Of a stretch of 64,000 nucleotides of DNA, positions 38,201 through 47,274 are shown in pieces. A program made the position numbers and the translations under genes. This stretch comes from an uncultured Dokdonia sp. (GTDB lineage Bacteria > Bacteroidota > Bacteroidia > Flavobacteriales > Flavobacteriaceae). A model generated the notes under the pieces. The model was not told the DNA's origin, searched no databases, and saw only the letters and a program-made list of their open reading frames with translations. The stretch is from the NCBI RefSeq assembly GCF_947492535.1, contig NZ_CANLNH010000008.1, positions 120,518 through 184,517 of the forward strand, written 5' to 3'. Each line of letters begins with the position of its first letter. Position 1 is the first letter of the stretch.

Positions 38201-39293
38201 AATTACTGTTAAGGATACAGGTACAGGTATTGATGCTAAAGATTTGCCTCATATTTTTGAGCGTTTTTATCAAGTTAGTAATACTAACGAGGCTCAGCAT
38301 AGAAGTAAAACTTTTGAAGGTACAGGAATAGGACTAGCCTTAACAAAAGAATTGATAGAATTAATGAAAGGTTCTATTAGCGTTCAGAGTGAAAAGTCTT
38401 GGGGCTCACGTTTTATAGTATGTTTACCTATAGAAAATGAAGAATTTGAAAGAGAGGTAGATAAAACACTAGCCACTATTTTTACCGAGAACGAATTTCA
38501 AACAACTATTGACGAAATTAATAATCTTACTGATCACACTACAGCAGATAAACCATTACTCTTGCTTATAGAGGATAATAGTGGTGTTGTGACATATATA
38601 CGAGCTATCCTAGAAGCTAGTTATGAGATCAATGTAGCTATTAATGGTCATGAAGGAATAGAAATGGCGTTAGAACGTATTCCAGATATTGTGATAACGG
38701 ATATTATGATGCCTGAAAAAAATGGTTATGAAGTTTGTGATTTTTTAAAGAACGATAGTCGAACCAGTCATATTCCCATTATCATCTTAACAGCTAAAGC
38801 TGATATTTCTTCCAAACTAGAAGGATTAGGCATAGGTGCCGATGTCTATTTATCTAAACCTTTTGAGAAAGAGGAGTTATTAGTCCAACTCAAAAACTTA
38901 TTGACTACCAGAGAGAAACTGCAAGCCTATTATTCAGGTACTGTCAAAACAATTCCTGAGCCTTTAGTTAAACGAGAAAATATATTTATAGATAAATTAC
39001 GCTCTTATGTAGACGACCATATTCAAGATAGTGATTTGTCAGTCAATACAATCTCTGAATTTATGGGGTTAAGTCATATTCAATTGTATCGAAAATTAAA
39101 AGCACTTACAGGACAAACACCTTCTCAATTTATTAGATCAATACGTTTAAAAAAAGCATCTGTTTTATTGGAAACAACAGAGATGAATATTTCTGAAATT
39201 GCCTATGAGGTAGGTTTTAATGATCCTAATTATTTTACACGTGTTTTTAAACAGGAATATGGTAAAGTTCCAGGTGAAGCACGCAAACAGTAA
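35223..39293 (+). CDS. Hybrid two-component system (propeller-Y_Y_Y-HisKA-HATPase-REC-AraC)
   Basis: NITHEFRTPL, NLLSNAIKFT, GTGIGLAL, DIMMPEKNG, IAYEVGFNDPNYF. Confidence 0.95.
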   Translation: MKRQLLRYASLLVFFLIRDSCIAQENYLASYLTEEERANFGNVYSLYEDPVGIIWMGVYGKGLAYYDGEKVKRFPLPNEQNFASRDIVFEGFEDKLYLNDGDGIRIFDPIVQDNPKTIALNSEQIQLGSLSGIAVTKNGGDTYVWGALQLNTQDTNPEYHILISKNHGPFQQLTTKPIRTHGSVLIKRVGETIFAKAETDFEIWSVNGKVASIAIPQVPASVITTFNFRVEKDGTVWLGGACKQNLAYKEGQYINSCTIWKKSPNSNQFTLTKDVVSTGRGTISSTVDTNNYLQRITIINERYFSFADARNLDEALDNPIQIINTSENFLTKHPFTTLKTKSGIIWWGSIDGLHKLTPQPPAFKLLPPLGLRSFIEDREGYVYGSVDLYNKYEQGSSINRYDPDTDKVVSLAKRNLAGSYWYHVNSYKDKMYAGNGIVNPVEGYTKHFDDVELDFNLGPYLSLITTKGELWKAHWGVPYIGIYDPDTGKRIKRIPIKALQSAVVSLNDWYQRPSDGTIWLGTYGVGIFVFDEDGTLLHHLDRKDNGAISLPNNVVSAFYEDSQGRMWIGHGSGLSRIDLGFSDITHYTFDPDNPESRLVYGILPEDDDRFLWLSTSKGIFRFDSETGQFMDFPLHPNVMGYEYNRASYYKSKKGQFFFGTDRTDRPTISFFPEDVLRYYNQVSSEKSQIILTSYAQYNGEEEKVISQKKGIQNIDSIVLQPGDRFFELSFLVTDFRSTGSNSYSYYLENYEADWNSIARNNNKVRYENLPPGIYTLKMRGGLVPETASQNQRDITVIVRPYWYQTLWAKIVGVLLIFGLGFLIYRFNLKRQYEKQETKRLKEVDDLKTRLYTNITHEFRTPLTVIMGMNDTIKGFDKERDLIKRNAKNLLRLINQLLDLSKLDSGTLKMDTTKGDIILYLKYLTESFYSMASDKKVHLSFHSDMKGLVMDYDEIKLQHVIYNLLSNAIKFTRPGGKVNLTLKTISYKGRPHIEITVKDTGTGIDAKDLPHIFERFYQVSNTNEAQHRSKTFEGTGIGLALTKELIELMKGSISVQSEKSWGSRFIVCLPIENEEFEREVDKTLATIFTENEFQTTIDEINNLTDHTTADKPLLLLIEDNSGVVTYIRAILEASYEINVAINGHEGIEMALERIPDIVITDIMMPEKNGYEVCDFLKNDSRTSHIPIIILTAKADISSKLEGLGIGADVYLSKPFEKEELLVQLKNLLTTREKLQAYYSGTVKTIPEPLVKRENIFIDKLRSYVDDHIQDSDLSVNTISEFMGLSHIQLYRKLKALTGQTPSQFIRSIRLKKASVLLETTEMNISEIAYEVGFNDPNYFTRVFKQEYGKVPGEARKQ

Positions 39294-39302
39294 AAGATAT
39301 AC

Positions 39303-40070
39303 CTATTCAATAATCAGATGGGGTACTTTATCCAATTTCCAATCTATAACAAGTCCTCCAGCAAGAGAACGCGCAATTTCTGCTCCATATAAATGCTCTG
39401 CTAGGTAGAGTGCTGCTTCAAAACTTTTGGCACCACCTGCTGAGGTTATGTACTTGTCATCGTGAACAAATAATACTTCCTTACGAATATCAAGCTGTGG
39501 AAATGTTTCACGCATCTTGTCTATGTCACTAGGGAAAGTAGTGGATACTTTTCCATCCAATAATCCTGCTTTTGCTAGAACAAATGCACCATCACAATGT
39601 GAGGTGATAAATTGTGCATTTTGATCTACCTTTTTGACAAAATCAATCATTACTTGGTCATCTAAATCAGTATCTAGATGGTGTTCTGCGCTTGGTACTA
39701 CCAGAATATCGATGTTAGGTAGGTCTGGTGCTGTATAATCAAAGTCGGGTAGGAGGTACATGCCTTCAAATGTTCGGATTGGGTCTAGGGTATTTGCTAC
39801 CGTAAATACATTCATCTGCTTGATGTTTTCGCGATACTGTGTATGTTGAAAGATATCAAAAGGCGCTGTGAGTTCTGTGTTATAGGTTCCGTCCATGATT
39901 AGAAAGGCGACATTATATCGCCCTTCTTTTAGTTCTGGTTTTGCTTTCGCGAAAGCGTTATTAGACGTAGTAATTTCTGTATTAGGCACCTCTGTTTCTA
40001 TCTGTTTTCCTTCTTTAGTCTCGCAAGAGTAGAGTGCTAGTACCGCTATTAGAATAAATAGATGCTTCAT
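39303..40070 (-). CDS. DJ-1/PfpI-family lipoprotein
   Basis: Lipobox LYSC; ELTAPFD, SHCDGAFVLAKAGLLDG, TSAGG. Confidence 0.87.
   Translation of the reverse strand: MKHLFILIAVLALYSCETKEGKQIETEVPNTEITTSNNAFAKAKPELKEGRYNVAFLIMDGTYNTELTAPFDIFQHTQYRENIKQMNVFTVANTLDPIRTFEGMYLLPDFDYTAPDLPNIDILVVPSAEHHLDTDLDDQVMIDFVKKVDQNAQFITSHCDGAFVLAKAGLLDGKVSTTFPSDIDKMRETFPQLDIRKEVLFVHDDKYITSAGGAKSFEAALYLAEHLYGAEIARSLAGGLVIDWKLDKVPHLIIE
39943..39958. repeat. Palindrome-family copy in DJ-1 protein linker (AFAKA)
   Basis: GCTTTCGCGAAAGCGT. Confidence 0.88.
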
Positions 40071-40075
40071 GTATA

Positions 40076-41311
40076 TTATTTAGATTTTAAAGATAGGTTT
40101 TTTGTCGCTGTTTCTTCCATTACTTTTCGTCTAGATAAGTACATAAAAAAACATGCAATGACTGTGAGGCCGAATATAAATAACCAAACAATTTTAAATC
40201 CATATTTTGCCGTTATTTGCATACCTGCATTATGAGAAAAGATATTAGCTATAGCAAATGCCATAGAATACAATCCCATAAAAGCGCCTTGTTTCCCTAT
40301 TTTAGAACGATCTAATGCAAATTTATTACTAAAAGGAAACCCTATCATTTCCCCAAAAGTCATAAGTATAATAGAAATAAATAAAACACCTATCCACGCT
40401 TCCCATACAAGTACAATATAACTAAGTCCTGTAAACGCAATCCCTATAATAGTGAGTTGGATATTATCATACTTCTTTTTTAACAACCAAGCTACTAAAG
40501 GCATTTCTAGTAGCACGATCATTATTGGATTGATTCCCATAAGTAATCCAATATTAGGTTTACTTATTTCATAAACAGTTGTATAATAAAGGGGTACTAC
40601 CGTAAATAATGGAAGAAAAGCCATAGCAAATAGTACGAGTCCTATAAGAAAGTAAACATAGGAGATGTCTTTTTCTGGTGCTATAGGATTTTCTACAATC
40701 ACTTCCGTATCTACTTCTTTTACCGTTTTTGGATTTAAAACATACATCATTAATAAGCCTGCTAACAAACAGGTAAACCCATCGGTATAAAAGAGTGCAT
40801 GATAACCTACGGTTCCTATTAAAAGCCCACCAATCATAGGTCCAGCACCCATTCCTAAGTTAATGGCAAGTCGCAAGAGCGTGAGCGATCGTGTTTTATT
40901 TTCTGGTTTTGAGTATGCGCTTAGTGCCACAAAAAAAGCAGGGCGTCCCATATCAGCAAGTGTGATGAGAATAAAAAATGAGAAACATAATCCCCAAAAA
41001 TCAGAAATATGCATTACCCATAGGAAGTTAATTCCTGTAAAAAAGAGACTCATAAGGATTACCTTATAATAACCTATACGATCTGTTAATTTACCTCCAA
41101 TATAAGAGCCTACCACAGATCCTAAACCATAAGCAGACATAATCCAACCTACATCACTGATTGTAATTCCGATACTTTCATTGAGATAAATAGATAGAAA
41201 TGGAATCACCATCGCCCCAAAACGGTTTACAAAAGTAATAAGTGATAACCACCAAACCTCTTTAGAGAGGCCTTCAAATGTTTTTATATAATTGCGTATT
41301 ATGAGTTTCAT
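40076..41311 (-). CDS. MFS transporter (efflux-like)
   Basis: GGKLTDRIG motif A; 12 TM. Confidence 0.92.
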   Translation of the reverse strand: MKLIIRNYIKTFEGLSKEVWWLSLITFVNRFGAMVIPFLSIYLNESIGITISDVGWIMSAYGLGSVVGSYIGGKLTDRIGYYKVILMSLFFTGINFLWVMHISDFWGLCFSFFILITLADMGRPAFFVALSAYSKPENKTRSLTLLRLAINLGMGAGPMIGGLLIGTVGYHALFYTDGFTCLLAGLLMMYVLNPKTVKEVDTEVIVENPIAPEKDISYVYFLIGLVLFAMAFLPLFTVVPLYYTTVYEISKPNIGLLMGINPIMIVLLEMPLVAWLLKKKYDNIQLTIIGIAFTGLSYIVLVWEAWIGVLFISIILMTFGEMIGFPFSNKFALDRSKIGKQGAFMGLYSMAFAIANIFSHNAGMQITAKYGFKIVWLFIFGLTVIACFFMYLSRRKVMEETATKNLSLKSK

Positions 41312-41312
41312 T

Positions 41313-41389
41313 ACACAGGTGTTTAAGAGTTATATATTCCTGTGTCGACTCTATAAAAGTATAAAGTCCGACACAGAGCGTCGGACTTT
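41313..41389 (-). promoter_or_regulatory. Attenuator-like alternative hairpins in the MFS leader
   Basis: AAAGTCCGAC/GTCGGACTTT stem 41363-41389; ACACAGG/CCTGTGT stem 41313-41345 next to the ATG; the arms overlap. Confidence 0.65.
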
Positions 41390-41413
41390 AGTATTTGTTA
41401 CTTTATAAATATA

Positions 41414-41494
41414 TTATATAGAGACAATACATAGCATCCGACAGTGGAAAGAATTCCACTTCTGAGATCGGTAACATGTATTGACTTGTTTCAT
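41414..41494 (-). CDS. Putative leader peptide (26 aa)
   Basis: MKQVNTCYRSQKWNSFHCRMLCIVSI*; TAGTTTTG -7 element at 41514-41521; stop 24 nt before the terminator stem. Confidence 0.55.
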   Translation of the reverse strand: MKQVNTCYRSQKWNSFHCRMLCIVSI

Positions 41495-41562
41495 TTTTCT
41501 TTATTTGATACTTCAAAACTAAGTAAAAAATGTGTTACTTGTACATTCTTAAATGAAGAAAA

Positions 41563-42204
41563 ATGAAAATTTATATTTTTTTAGTTGTTTTTGCTTTCGC
41601 GAAAATTGCTATTTGTCAGACAGATACAGCGTTAACTGATCATCATAAATTATTAATAGAACACGCTCAGAAACATCAAGATTCACTTTCGGAAGTATAT
41701 AAAAACCCAGAAACGTCTATTCTAAGTAAGAAGCAATTAAAAAAATTTCATGGATTAGAATTCTATCCCATCGACTTAAAATTTCGCGTAAGCGCAACCT
41801 TTACTAGAACACCAAATTCAACACCATTTCCTATGGCTACTTCTACAGGTATTCCTAGAACGTATGTGAAATATGGAGAAGTAACTTTTGATCTATTAGG
41901 AAAAACACATACACTTTCCATTTATCAAAACCCAACATTTACAGCGACACCTAATCATAAATATGCAGATCATCTCATGCTAGGTTTTACAGATTATACG
42001 AGTGGAGACGGTTCTTATGGAGGGGGACGATATGTAGATATAGGCATATCAGATATAAGAGACAACCAGTTAATCATTGATTTTAATAAAGCCTATAATC
42101 CCTATTGCGCATATACTGAAGGGTATTCCTGTGCCATTCCTCCTGATGATAATGATGTTACCATTAGAATAGAAGCGGGTGTGAAGGATTATGGAAAGCA
42201 TTAA
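41563..42204 (+). CDS. DUF1684-family protein
   Basis: FTDYTSGDGSYGGGRYVD, IDFNKAYNPYCAY...YSCAIPP. Confidence 0.9.
   Translation: MKIYIFLVVFAFAKIAICQTDTALTDHHKLLIEHAQKHQDSLSEVYKNPETSILSKKQLKKFHGLEFYPIDLKFRVSATFTRTPNSTPFPMATSTGIPRTYVKYGEVTFDLLGKTHTLSIYQNPTFTATPNHKYADHLMLGFTDYTSGDGSYGGGRYVDIGISDIRDNQLIIDFNKAYNPYCAYTEGYSCAIPPDDNDVTIRIEAGVKDYGKH
41593..41604. repeat. Palindrome-family copy in DUF1684 signal peptide (AFAK)
   Basis: GCTTTCGCGAAA. Confidence 0.8.
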
Positions 42205-42222
42205 ACTATACTAAAAAAAGGA

Positions 42223-42253
42223 CATCCCCATTTTAATACGTAAAATGAGGATG
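42223..42253. terminator. Hairpin between convergent DUF1684 and GH17 genes
   Basis: CATCCCCATTTTA-atacg-TAAAATGAGGATG. Confidence 0.65.
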
Positions 42254-42332
42254 CATTGTTTAAAAGGGGTTCAAGTTACCTATATAAATTCTTCACAATC
42301 ATATGGTATACGTATACTATGATGTATTATTT

Positions 42333-43241
42333 TTAAAATTTTAATTTCTCGCGTTTATCCCATAGTCCCCAATAGGCACCTACATCGCCTTCTGGACCTA
42401 CTTTCCAAGATTCATCAAAGGATGAAAAATAGAATAATTCTATATTTTCTTTTGCAGACCAAGCTTGTGCATTGATAAAATATTTCATGGCATTTTCTTT
42501 TGAAGGATATGCTCCTTTTAGATTCGTTCCATGACTAGGCCAACCTGTTTCTGTAATAATTACTTTTTTCCCATTTGCAGCATGCGTCGCTTGTCCAAAC
42601 ATTTGCTGCATGTGATTCAAAGAGTTTTCTTGATCACATCCTTCCCAATAGGGATAACAATTAGATAAGATCACATCACAAGCTTCTGTAATTTTTGGTC
42701 TATGAGAAAATTCGTAATAAGCATCTACATACCCTACTGTAATATCAGGTAAGGCTTCTTTAACGATATGCATATAATCTAACAATTGTTCTTCTGTAAG
42801 ATCACCACGATACATTACTTCATTTCCTACGGCAGCAATATCAACACAGCCTTCTTTTGCTAACGCTATAAGAGCCTCAATTTCATCTTCATTTTTTTGT
42901 AGATCATCTCCTAACCAAGCACCGACCATTGTTTTGAGTCCATGTTTATGAGCTATACGAGGGATGTATTCATTCCCTTCAATACAAGAGAAAGAGCGTA
43001 CCCATTTTGTATAGGGTTTTATGATGTTTATTCTTCGTTCTACCTGTGCTTCGGTAATAATATCACCAGGTTCCTGTCCATCTTCGTACATACTAAAACA
43101 CAATCCGTGCATTCCAGCTTTTACTGTTTTTCGCCAAAGCTTTTTCAGTTCTTTGTCAGTATACTTACTAAAATCAAGACCTTTATGGTTTGTAAAGTCT
43201 GTGTTTTCAAGTAGAAAGTTATGGTCTCCTCTATATGACAT
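42333..43241 (-). CDS. Cytoplasmic GH17 beta-1,3-glucan hydrolase
   Basis: AVGNE acid/base and ITETGWP nucleophile, FSSFDESWK; no signal peptide. Confidence 0.88.
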   Translation of the reverse strand: MSYRGDHNFLLENTDFTNHKGLDFSKYTDKELKKLWRKTVKAGMHGLCFSMYEDGQEPGDIITEAQVERRINIIKPYTKWVRSFSCIEGNEYIPRIAHKHGLKTMVGAWLGDDLQKNEDEIEALIALAKEGCVDIAAVGNEVMYRGDLTEEQLLDYMHIVKEALPDITVGYVDAYYEFSHRPKITEACDVILSNCYPYWEGCDQENSLNHMQQMFGQATHAANGKKVIITETGWPSHGTNLKGAYPSKENAMKYFINAQAWSAKENIELFYFSSFDESWKVGPEGDVGAYWGLWDKREKLKF

Positions 43242-43246
43242 ATATA

Positions 43247-45577
43247 TTAGTATTTTAATTTTTCACTAGTATTCCATAATCCCCAGCGTGCTCCTACATC
43301 ACCTTCCTGATGTACTTTCCATGATTCATCAAAAGATGAAAAATAGAATAGGGGTATAGAACTCTTTTTAGACATATTACTAGCCGAAATGAAATATTTC
43401 ATGGCATTTTCTGTAGTTGGTGTAGCACCTTCTACGCTATCTCCTTGATTTGGCCATCCGGTTTCTGTGATAATTACAGGTTTCCCTTTTGAAATGTTTT
43501 TAGTAACTGTATACATTTGTCGTAGGTAACGAGTAGCTTCTTCTATACTACTTCCTTCCCAGAATGGATAACAGTTTACTAAAATGACATCACAAACTTC
43601 TATAAGCTCAGGATGCTCATGAAACTGGTAATACGCATCTACATACCCTACTGGAATTCCCGGTAGTTCTTTTTTAACTTTATTGATATGTATAATAATT
43701 TCTTGCACACTCAAGTCACCTCTCATAAGCACTTCGTTACCAACAACAGCAATATCTGCAAGTTTGTTTTTTGCAAGCTGAATAAGTGAATCAATCTCTT
43801 TCCCATTTTGAACTTTATCACTTCCAATCCAAGCACCTACCATGGTTTTTAGTCCATTGTTACGAGCTGCTTTAGGGATAAATTCATTTCCGTGTGTAGA
43901 AGAGAATGAACGTACCCATTTGGTATGAGGAGCGATCACATCCATACGGCGTTGTATTTGTACTTCTGATAATTGATCACCAATATTTTGACCTTCTGTA
44001 TATGGACTAAAACATATCCCGTGTAATCCACCATTTAATGATTTTGTAAATAGTGATTTGAGTTCATCGGTAGACATCCCACTAAAATCTATATCGTACT
44101 TTGAATTAGCAGCTACTGAAGCACCCATTAATGTTGCTAGTTTACCCGTTTCATAAAAAGAGGTAGGTTTTTTACGTCTTTCTAATTCTGCACTTATTTC
44201 TAAAGCACGTTCTTCTGTAAGGTCATAATCTCGCATGAGGTAAATAGCAATTAATGTACCTATAATAGGGAATGCAGAAAAGAAAATGCGTAATCCAGTA
44301 ACAGCTCCATCTGGTTGTGTTGGTAGTTCAGGATCAAATCCAACGGCAAACATTATGAGTGCACTTAATCCACCTGCAATAGCAAAACCAAATTTTACCA
44401 TCCACCAATAAATGGCTCCAAAAATACCTTCGCGGCGTTGTCCAAAATTGAGTTCATCTAAATCACAAACATCTGCTGTCATAGACATCATTAACGTAAA
44501 TAGCGCCCCTATTCCAAAAGAGAAAAAAGGTAATGCAAATAAAACGACATATGGTTTTCCTGGAATAAATAAAAACCACAACAAGATATATCCTATTATT
44601 GAAATACTTTGTGATACTATAAATGCTTTCTTTTTACCCATTGCTTTGGACATTCTAGCAACGATAGGAATTACTAAAAAAGTAGTAACTAAAGCTCCTA
44701 CACTTCCGAATAGCGTTGGCCATATCCATGCTCCATCATCACCAGTGACTCCATCAAATAAATAGTATACAATGATGAAAAAGGAAAAACCAGCAACAGT
44801 ATTAAAAGCGTTAAAAATGAAAAAGGTGGAGATACATAGTTTTTTAAACTGTTTAATTTTAAATGCTTCCTTAAAACCTTTTCGTATCTCTTTTAAACTA
44901 CTTCCTATAGTCTTTAAATTTAATGGCGCATAATCTTCATGTAAAGTTGATTCGCCTTTAATGAAAATAGCAGGCACCATCGCACAAATCATAAAAATTA
45001 TACCGACCCAAATCGCTAACTCCCTAACAGCGACTTCTGCAGATTCAAACCAACTTTCATCATACATAATTACCCAAAACCATGGAGCTATAACCCAAGC
45101 CCATTGCCCTATCCATTGTGCAACGGCCATGATGTTAGTTCGTTCATGAAAATCATCACTCATTTCATAACCCATAGCAACATAGGGGACACTAAAAATG
45201 GTCAGTCCTAAATAAAATACAAATGACCATAATAAATAATAAATGAAATTATATTCTAAACCACTGTCTTTATGTAATTGCCACATTAATATATAAGACA
45301 CTCCCATAATTATTGCACCTGCAAATACATAATGACGACGTCTTCCCCATTTAGATTTTGTATTATCAGAAATGAAACCCATAATAGGATCAGTAAAAGC
45401 ATCGAGTATTCTGGGTAAGAAAAACAAGATTGAATACATCCAAGTTGGAAATCCTAAGTTTTGAATTAATACCACCATAAATATTCCTAATGCGGCAGGA
45501 AACATTTGATTAGCGAGCATTCCAATACCGAAAGCTACTTTCTGACCAAATGGTACTTTTTGAGTAGTTGTGGACAT
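43247..45577 (-). CDS. MFS sugar transporter (GPH/MelB-like) fused to C-terminal GH17
   Basis: DAFTDPIMGFISDNTKSKWGRRR, RREGIFGA; then VVGNE and ITETGWP. Confidence 0.9.
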   Translation of the reverse strand: MSTTTQKVPFGQKVAFGIGMLANQMFPAALGIFMVVLIQNLGFPTWMYSILFFLPRILDAFTDPIMGFISDNTKSKWGRRRHYVFAGAIIMGVSYILMWQLHKDSGLEYNFIYYLLWSFVFYLGLTIFSVPYVAMGYEMSDDFHERTNIMAVAQWIGQWAWVIAPWFWVIMYDESWFESAEVAVRELAIWVGIIFMICAMVPAIFIKGESTLHEDYAPLNLKTIGSSLKEIRKGFKEAFKIKQFKKLCISTFFIFNAFNTVAGFSFFIIVYYLFDGVTGDDGAWIWPTLFGSVGALVTTFLVIPIVARMSKAMGKKKAFIVSQSISIIGYILLWFLFIPGKPYVVLFALPFFSFGIGALFTLMMSMTADVCDLDELNFGQRREGIFGAIYWWMVKFGFAIAGGLSALIMFAVGFDPELPTQPDGAVTGLRIFFSAFPIIGTLIAIYLMRDYDLTEERALEISAELERRKKPTSFYETGKLATLMGASVAANSKYDIDFSGMSTDELKSLFTKSLNGGLHGICFSPYTEGQNIGDQLSEVQIQRRMDVIAPHTKWVRSFSSTHGNEFIPKAARNNGLKTMVGAWIGSDKVQNGKEIDSLIQLAKNKLADIAVVGNEVLMRGDLSVQEIIIHINKVKKELPGIPVGYVDAYYQFHEHPELIEVCDVILVNCYPFWEGSSIEEATRYLRQMYTVTKNISKGKPVIITETGWPNQGDSVEGATPTTENAMKYFISASNMSKKSSIPLFYFSSFDESWKVHQEGDVGARWGLWNTSEKLKY

Positions 45578-45635
45578 AATTTTTTAGAGTTTTGGTTAGT
45601 AATTAGTTGATTAATACCGGTAATAATTCTAAGTC

Positions 45636-45653
45636 CGCTTTCGCGAAAGCGTA
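45636..45653. repeat. Palindrome-family copy, intergenic
   Basis: CGCTTTCGCGAAAGCGTA. Confidence 0.92.
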
Positions 45654-45712
45654 TAAAGACCCCATCTTATTGCGAGCTATCGTAGTATTCATTATGTATA
45701 TGCTATATATTA

Positions 45713-47209
45713 TCATTTACGACTTGGAATCATAATCGTTTGCAATGCTTGTCCTTCAATATGAAGGTTTACAGTTTCTTCTTTAAGTGTTAAGCTAAAA
45801 TCTCTTGCTTGTGGTTCTTCATTAAAAACAACCACAGCAATAGAGCCATCAGGATTTTTGGCAGCAGTCACCATAAACTTTTTATCTGCGGGACTTTCAA
45901 GAGCAATCACTTTTGCTCCTGGACGGATGTATTTGCTAAAATGTGCCATGGTGTAATAGAGTGGTGTAAAGTATACTTCGTCTTTGTCTGGATCTACAAT
46001 GACAGGTGCGGCACACCAGTTTTTAAACCAGTTAGGACCTCCTTGGGTGTCTAATACCATATTCCAATCTACCCAACCATCTACCCAGTTATTAAGGCAA
46101 CCTATAATATCTCTGGCATACCTGTTTACAGGGGCATATTTTGGGTGTAAGTATTTCTTTTCTTCTTCACGCCAATCGAACCCCCAATCTGTAGCTTCTT
46201 TACTCCAATACCACGTATCATCTTTCCACGCAGGCACTTCAGAATCAATGCAACCTTCTGTTTCTATAAGTAATTTGTTTGGGGCTTTGTTATGCGCATA
46301 TTGTAATTCTTCTGGGAATACTGCATACGTACTTTCATACCAATGTATGGCTGTACCATCAAAATATTTGGAGGACTCTTCTGTAGCATACATAGAATCT
46401 ACCCATTCTTTTAAGCCTTCTCTATTCTGATCATATCCTAAAATGATTTTATCACCATGACCATCTGCTTCTAGTTTTGGACCTAAATGATTTTGCACAA
46501 AATTGGTCATTTCATCAGGTGTATAGTGCATACTTTCCCAGTTATTCCCATTTCCATGTGGTTCATTTTCTACGGTGAACCCCCAAAGGTCAATTCCTTC
46601 AGCTTTGTATGCGTCTATATATTTTGAGAAGAATAAAGCCCAAGTGTCATAGTATTCAGGAAGTAGTTTTCCGCCTACCCATTCCTTATTATCTTTCATC
46701 CATGGCGGGGCAGTCCAAGGGGATACGAAAATTTCAAATCCATCTTCAGAAGCAGCCATGGCATCTTTAATCATTGGGATTAAATCGTCCTTATCTTCTT
46801 TAACCGAAAAGTGCTCCAATTGCATATCATCTTCAACAGGCGCATATGAATATTGTGATAAAGAGAAATCACAAGAGTTCATATGGGTTCTGGTAAGTGA
46901 ATAGTTAGCACCTTCTTTACTGAAATACGCTTGGATAATCGTATCTCTATTTTTTTTACTTAATCGATTGAGTAAATAAGCAGAAGATTCTGTAAAAGCA
47001 CCTCCAAAACCAGTAATGGTTTGTAATTCTTTTTCTGGAAATAAAGTAATTTTTTCTAAGGTGTCTGCCTTAGATATTGCATTTACAGCAGTTAATTTAT
47101 TTCCGCTTGCTGAAGTTTCATATACTTCAACTTGAAGTGATTGTTCTTTTGTGCATGCCATGAGTACTGTTGCGAGCATTAATAAACCATATATTTTTAA
47201 ATATTTCAT
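45713..47209 (-). CDS. GH30 glycoside hydrolase lipoprotein (probably beta-1,6-glucan side-chain debranching)
   Basis: GFGGAFT, SPWTAPPWMK, TVENEP, IETEGC, WVDWNMVLD; lipobox LMAC. Confidence 0.88.
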   Translation of the reverse strand: MKYLKIYGLLMLATVLMACTKEQSLQVEVYETSASGNKLTAVNAISKADTLEKITLFPEKELQTITGFGGAFTESSAYLLNRLSKKNRDTIIQAYFSKEGANYSLTRTHMNSCDFSLSQYSYAPVEDDMQLEHFSVKEDKDDLIPMIKDAMAASEDGFEIFVSPWTAPPWMKDNKEWVGGKLLPEYYDTWALFFSKYIDAYKAEGIDLWGFTVENEPHGNGNNWESMHYTPDEMTNFVQNHLGPKLEADGHGDKIILGYDQNREGLKEWVDSMYATEESSKYFDGTAIHWYESTYAVFPEELQYAHNKAPNKLLIETEGCIDSEVPAWKDDTWYWSKEATDWGFDWREEEKKYLHPKYAPVNRYARDIIGCLNNWVDGWVDWNMVLDTQGGPNWFKNWCAAPVIVDPDKDEVYFTPLYYTMAHFSKYIRPGAKVIALESPADKKFMVTAAKNPDGSIAVVVFNEEPQARDFSLTLKEETVNLHIEGQALQTIMIPSRK

Positions 47210-47274
47210 GTATTTAAAATTTTATAAAACCTATTATCTTAACTATTAATTATTTCGATTGCTATTCATTGATA

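Noticed and set aside
41782-41796. Degenerate palindrome-like matches in coding DNA (41782 TTTCGCGTAAGCGCA; also GCGAAAGC half-sites near 35804 and 50930)
   Set aside because: Too short or mismatched to separate from ordinary codon choice; not counted
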